Part shown: positions 60,901 to 64,000 of the stretch, in pieces | How the letters are laid out: the number at the start of each line of letters is the position of its first letter | Numbering within the stretch: position 1 is the first letter of the stretch | Assembly (NCBI GenBank): GCA_051294905.1 | Contig: CM119379.1 | Span: forward strand, 22,382,001-22,446,000 | Direction: 5' to 3' | DNA: 64,000 nucleotides | Origin: Botryllus schlosseri | Taxonomy: Eukaryota | Program-made: the position numbers and the translations under genes | Notes under the pieces: model-generated | The model's database searches: none | The model's input: only the letters and a program-made list of their open reading frames with translations | Told to the model about the DNA's origin: nothing

Positions 60901-63712
60901 ATTGAAATCACATTCATTTTATGAACATGGACTGGCGTTCATTTTCTATCTTAGTCATGACAACCCCGTGGTTGTTTCTTTAGGCTGCCCGGAATTTTTA
61001 AAGAACATACATTTAATTTTCATCTTTTAAATTGTTTTATTTTAGATATCCGATAGAAATTCCGAGGATCTATCAGATCTGAGAACCTGGCGAGACGACA
61101 TGGACTATACCGTGTATTTCCTCGAAAAATTTACCAACAATCTCATTAACAACAGCAGAGACGCAACTATCGCCAGCCGGCGCCTCTCAACTCGGGTATA
61201 AACGCAATTCAGTTTTAGTAGTGTAATTTGTCTTTTGGCTTCTGTCACTGCATGGAATCATCACAGCTGATCACAAATATCAACATGCAATGAACTTTGT
61301 AGTAGATTAAAACATAATCTCCTTAGTACAGTGGTTCTCAACATTTTTGTGTTCGCGGACCTCCTTTGGACCGCCGCGGACCCCATTCCCCAGTTTTAGT
61401 TTAGATTTAGCTCTACTGTTGTGCATCGTCATCTGTCTTGTGCAAATGTTAACCGTAAGCCTATGCCCGATACACAGCGTCAAAATGAACTTCGTACTAC
61501 TACCGTTTTTAATATTTTGAGATAAACCACATAGTAAACTTTGTTCAATTTTCTTTTGTGTGTGCAAAGCAATCAAATTTATACACCACCATTTTTGACA
61601 CCGTCGAGAATTTTAGCCTGCAAGGATGGTGTTTAAGTGTGTAGCTTCTCAACCTGTTCATTTATAACGACATATCCTAGAAGTTATTAACAGGGAATTG
61701 TGTGATTTTATGATTGAAGGATCTGTGAATTAGCAGCTTACACGGGGTCAATTGTGGAAATAAAGTTCGATGTTTGTGATCCTTGTGCAAACCCAAGTCG
61801 CATGTAAGGATGGGTACAATTTCTGCATAAAGTATAATCTGGCATTTTCATGTGACATAATACATACAAATCTGAATTTCTTCCCTGTTTAAGCCGAGAC
61901 CATTCAAAATTGCTCGGAACTGACCCCCTATGACGGAACCATTCATGACGTGCTGGCCAGCCGCTTCTATAGAACTGAGATGCATAGGATCCCGCCTCGT
62001 GATTTGGAAACTTGTAAATATCATCCTCTCTTGCAGGTGTCACAGCTCGAATCTCAAGGGCAATCCTTCGCTGTGCAAGTCGACGGTGTCAAGAGAATTG
62101 TGAACTCGAATGCCGCCGGTCTCGCGCAACAATACTCGCAAGTTAACGGCCTCGTCGCGAAAGAATCCGAGTTTCAGGTTTCGTTGGAAAGAGTTGAACG
62201 GGAGTTGTCCCGCATAGATACGCTGCAGGCAGACCTGACAACTGTCTCTGATAGGTATGATACTTTACCACGCAGACAGGTTAGTGTTCTAATCGTGGTA
62301 AGGTATTTGGTGGGTGGGTGCTTTCAAAGTTCAATTCAATTTACTGTTAACAATTTCATTATTTCAATACACCACAAGACTGCGATACAAGGAAAGATAG
62401 GAAACTGTCTGAACGACTTGGAGTGGTCTTCGAAATCAGACACCCACCTGACCCAGGCGATGTAAAAATGAGGCATGCACACTGAATGCAAAGTAAAAGC
62501 AGATAATACAGAAGGTCTGGCGACAAAATGAGGTGACATGTGTCAGAGGATCGATATGTCAGTCTGTGGTCTGGTAAACTTGAGGGCTGAGCAGTATTGA
62601 TTCAGTATAAATTGTTTGTATTTCGACTTGAATGTGGACATGCTCAACGACTGTCGGATAGCCGGCGAGATGCTGTTCCACACTGCAGGTGCGGCTTATT
62701 TGATAGAGCGATGATCTTTTACGTCGACCAAATGGTACTTATGCATTTTTGATGCCGAGGTAAAGAAGTCATTGAAATTTTCGTGGCAGTGACCGCAGTG
62801 GAACTGATGCATAAGCTTGGCTAGTTCTTGTTTACGCATATCGTTTATGTTAAGAACACTGAATCTTGCGGGCTTGCCGGCTGAATCTCGCTTCCCATGA
62901 CATGCCGCCCTATTTCTTGTCACTTTCTTTTTCTATACTATCTTCTTTACTTTCATTCAGTGTGCATGCCTCCTCTTTACATCGCCTAGGCCAAGGTGGG
63001 TGTCAGATTCCATAGACTACTCCTTGTCGCTTCGACATCTTCCTGTCTTTTCATTGTATCGCATTTTTTGTGGTGTATTGAACTGATAAAATTGCTAATA
63101 AACCAATGATGATGATGATGATGCATATTGGCGAATAACACAAAACGACCACTGACACCCTAAATAGGTGCAAGATACGGCAATATGTTCAGTTTCCTCG
63201 TTATAGGGGCTCTCTTGCCGAGTTGTCATGATAATTTCATTTAGCGGAGTGATACCAAAACCACTTTCCACTGTGCAAAATCTGAATTCTGAAAAGTAAC
63301 TAGTAAATAAACTGGAGTGGAAGCAGCCTAGGAACATAACAAGTGTGCGAAACTTACTTGAGTATTCGGAAAAAGTTGAATTCGTTTGTTACCGGCCAAC
63401 TCCGATGATGACTTCCACTTCGTCTTCCGATAGGTTTAAAATAGTCCTCATCTAGCCTTATGTTCACTTTTTAGGACAGATAGCATTTCAGAGTCAGTTT
63501 CGAGGCATGGCATGCAGCTCGCGAGTCTCGACGCAAAGTCGAGCTACATCTACGACGAAGTAAACACCACCACTTACAGACTGCACGAGTTGATGTCCGA
63601 TTTCCACGATGGGAATCGAAGGCGATATGCTCGGGAGAGCGAATTGGTGGGCAGTATCGAGGATGCAAAGAGCTTGATTTCCCGAGTGAATTCGAGTGTC
63701 AGTTATAACCGG
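51954..63712 (+). CDS. Long coiled-coil, probably extracellular/luminal glycoprotein (partial, >=1139 codons; 5' and 3' ends unresolved)
   Basis: Sixteen exons in continuous frame: 51954-52125, 52915-53058, 53241-53358, 53525-53642, 53726-53804, 54435-54941, 56144-56391, 56698-56918, 57658-58178, 58271-58434, 58874-59090, 59744-59900, 60180-60324, 61046-61195, 62037-62254, 63475-63712. Heptad-like text (e.g. LESRLSSSI, RLDNVEGELQAL, RLNSLESV) and at least 14 N-x-S/T sequons. No stop codon was reached. Confidence 0.8.
57066..57571. mobile_element. hAT-like palindromic MITE related to the 34136 element
   Basis: Ends TAGGGCTCTTCAAAAATGAC...TAAGACCCCTA; TSD GTGCGTAC / GTGTGTAC (7/8); the first ~110 nt are a near reverse complement of the last ~110 nt; shares CACACCAAATTTGGTTC and ACCAGTAGAAGCGGAGTTAT blocks. 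Confidence 0.85.
60470..60800. mobile_element. Degraded third copy of the palindromic MITE family
   Basis: CCCCATGAAATTGTTAGGTTG, AAATTTGGCTCGATACCAACCAGTGGAAGC and GGTTGGAACT blocks; the boundaries are approximate. Confidence 0.55.
61329..61560 (+). mobile_element. Truncated second copy of the CAGTGGTTCTCAAC element (left end only)
   Basis: Colinear with 48618-48850 (CAGTGGTTCTCAAC.TTTTTGT.TTCGCGGACC; CGTCATCTGTCTTGTGCAAAT). Confidence 0.75.
62325..62870 (-). mobile_element. 5'-truncated LINE (L2/Crack/CR1 group): ORF2 C-terminus, 3'UTR and (TTGAA)n tail
   Basis: The minus strand translates SVLNINDMRKQELAKLMHQFHCGHCHENFNDFFTSASKMHKYH...RSIK*AAPAVWNSISPAIRQSLSMSTFKSKYKQL, typical of the end of L2/Crack ORF2. 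It is followed by the 3'UTR also seen at 17441 and 62945. Confidence 0.8.
62925..63123 (+). mobile_element. LINE 3'UTR with (ATG)n tail
   Basis: Matches 17441-17548 and 16043-16105; ends AATAAACCAATGATGATGATG. Confidence 0.78.
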
Positions 63713-64000
63713 GTATGGACCCAAACTATTGAGGATCATAGGTGTAATAATCATATGAAATGTTCGAATATCTTTTCTGACCAAGGAATCTGTTGTTCCG
63801 GATAATTGGTGAAGTGTGGATAAGGATGAGTTTGGATTCTTTTTCAAATAGATGAAGTTTTTGTTAGAAGTGTATGCCATTCTTACGAAATTGATGTAAA
63901 AATGACATTTCTTTGATCCATTGGCTGTACCGTTGACGCTATTAACGTCCCGCTATTTCGTGCACAGGCCGGTATTCTCTCCGTCACTGCAGATCTATCT

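Overview
Eukaryotic (metazoan, probably invertebrate) genomic DNA with GT-AG introns, many only 56-100 nt long. The ORF track is therefore mostly exon fragments and noise. I rebuilt five + strand genes by hand from splice sites and frame continuity. (1) The 3' half of a RASA1/p120-RasGAP-like gene (C2 + RasGAP, 278-8422). (2) A 10-exon, ~805-aa gene joining a long helical/coiled-coil N-terminus to a caspase-fold domain that has lost its catalytic His and Cys (10783-15657). (3) An intronless 165-aa single-TM ORF (17762-18259). (4) A 26-exon acidic, disordered protein gene whose 24 internal exons are all phase 2-2 symmetric. It carries a repeated basic amphipathic motif, and its last exon shares an unrecognised domain with gene 3 (~33496-48545). 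(5) A >1100-aa coiled-coil gene rich in N-glycosylation sequons, probably extracellular, with both ends unresolved (51954 to beyond 63712). Between genes 3 and 4 lies a ~9.45-kb Foldback-like palindromic element built from minisatellites (21196-30642). Introns hold many hAT-type MITEs with 8-bp target-site duplications (TSDs) and some LINE 3' ends. All protein assignments rest on recalled family motifs; no database search was run.
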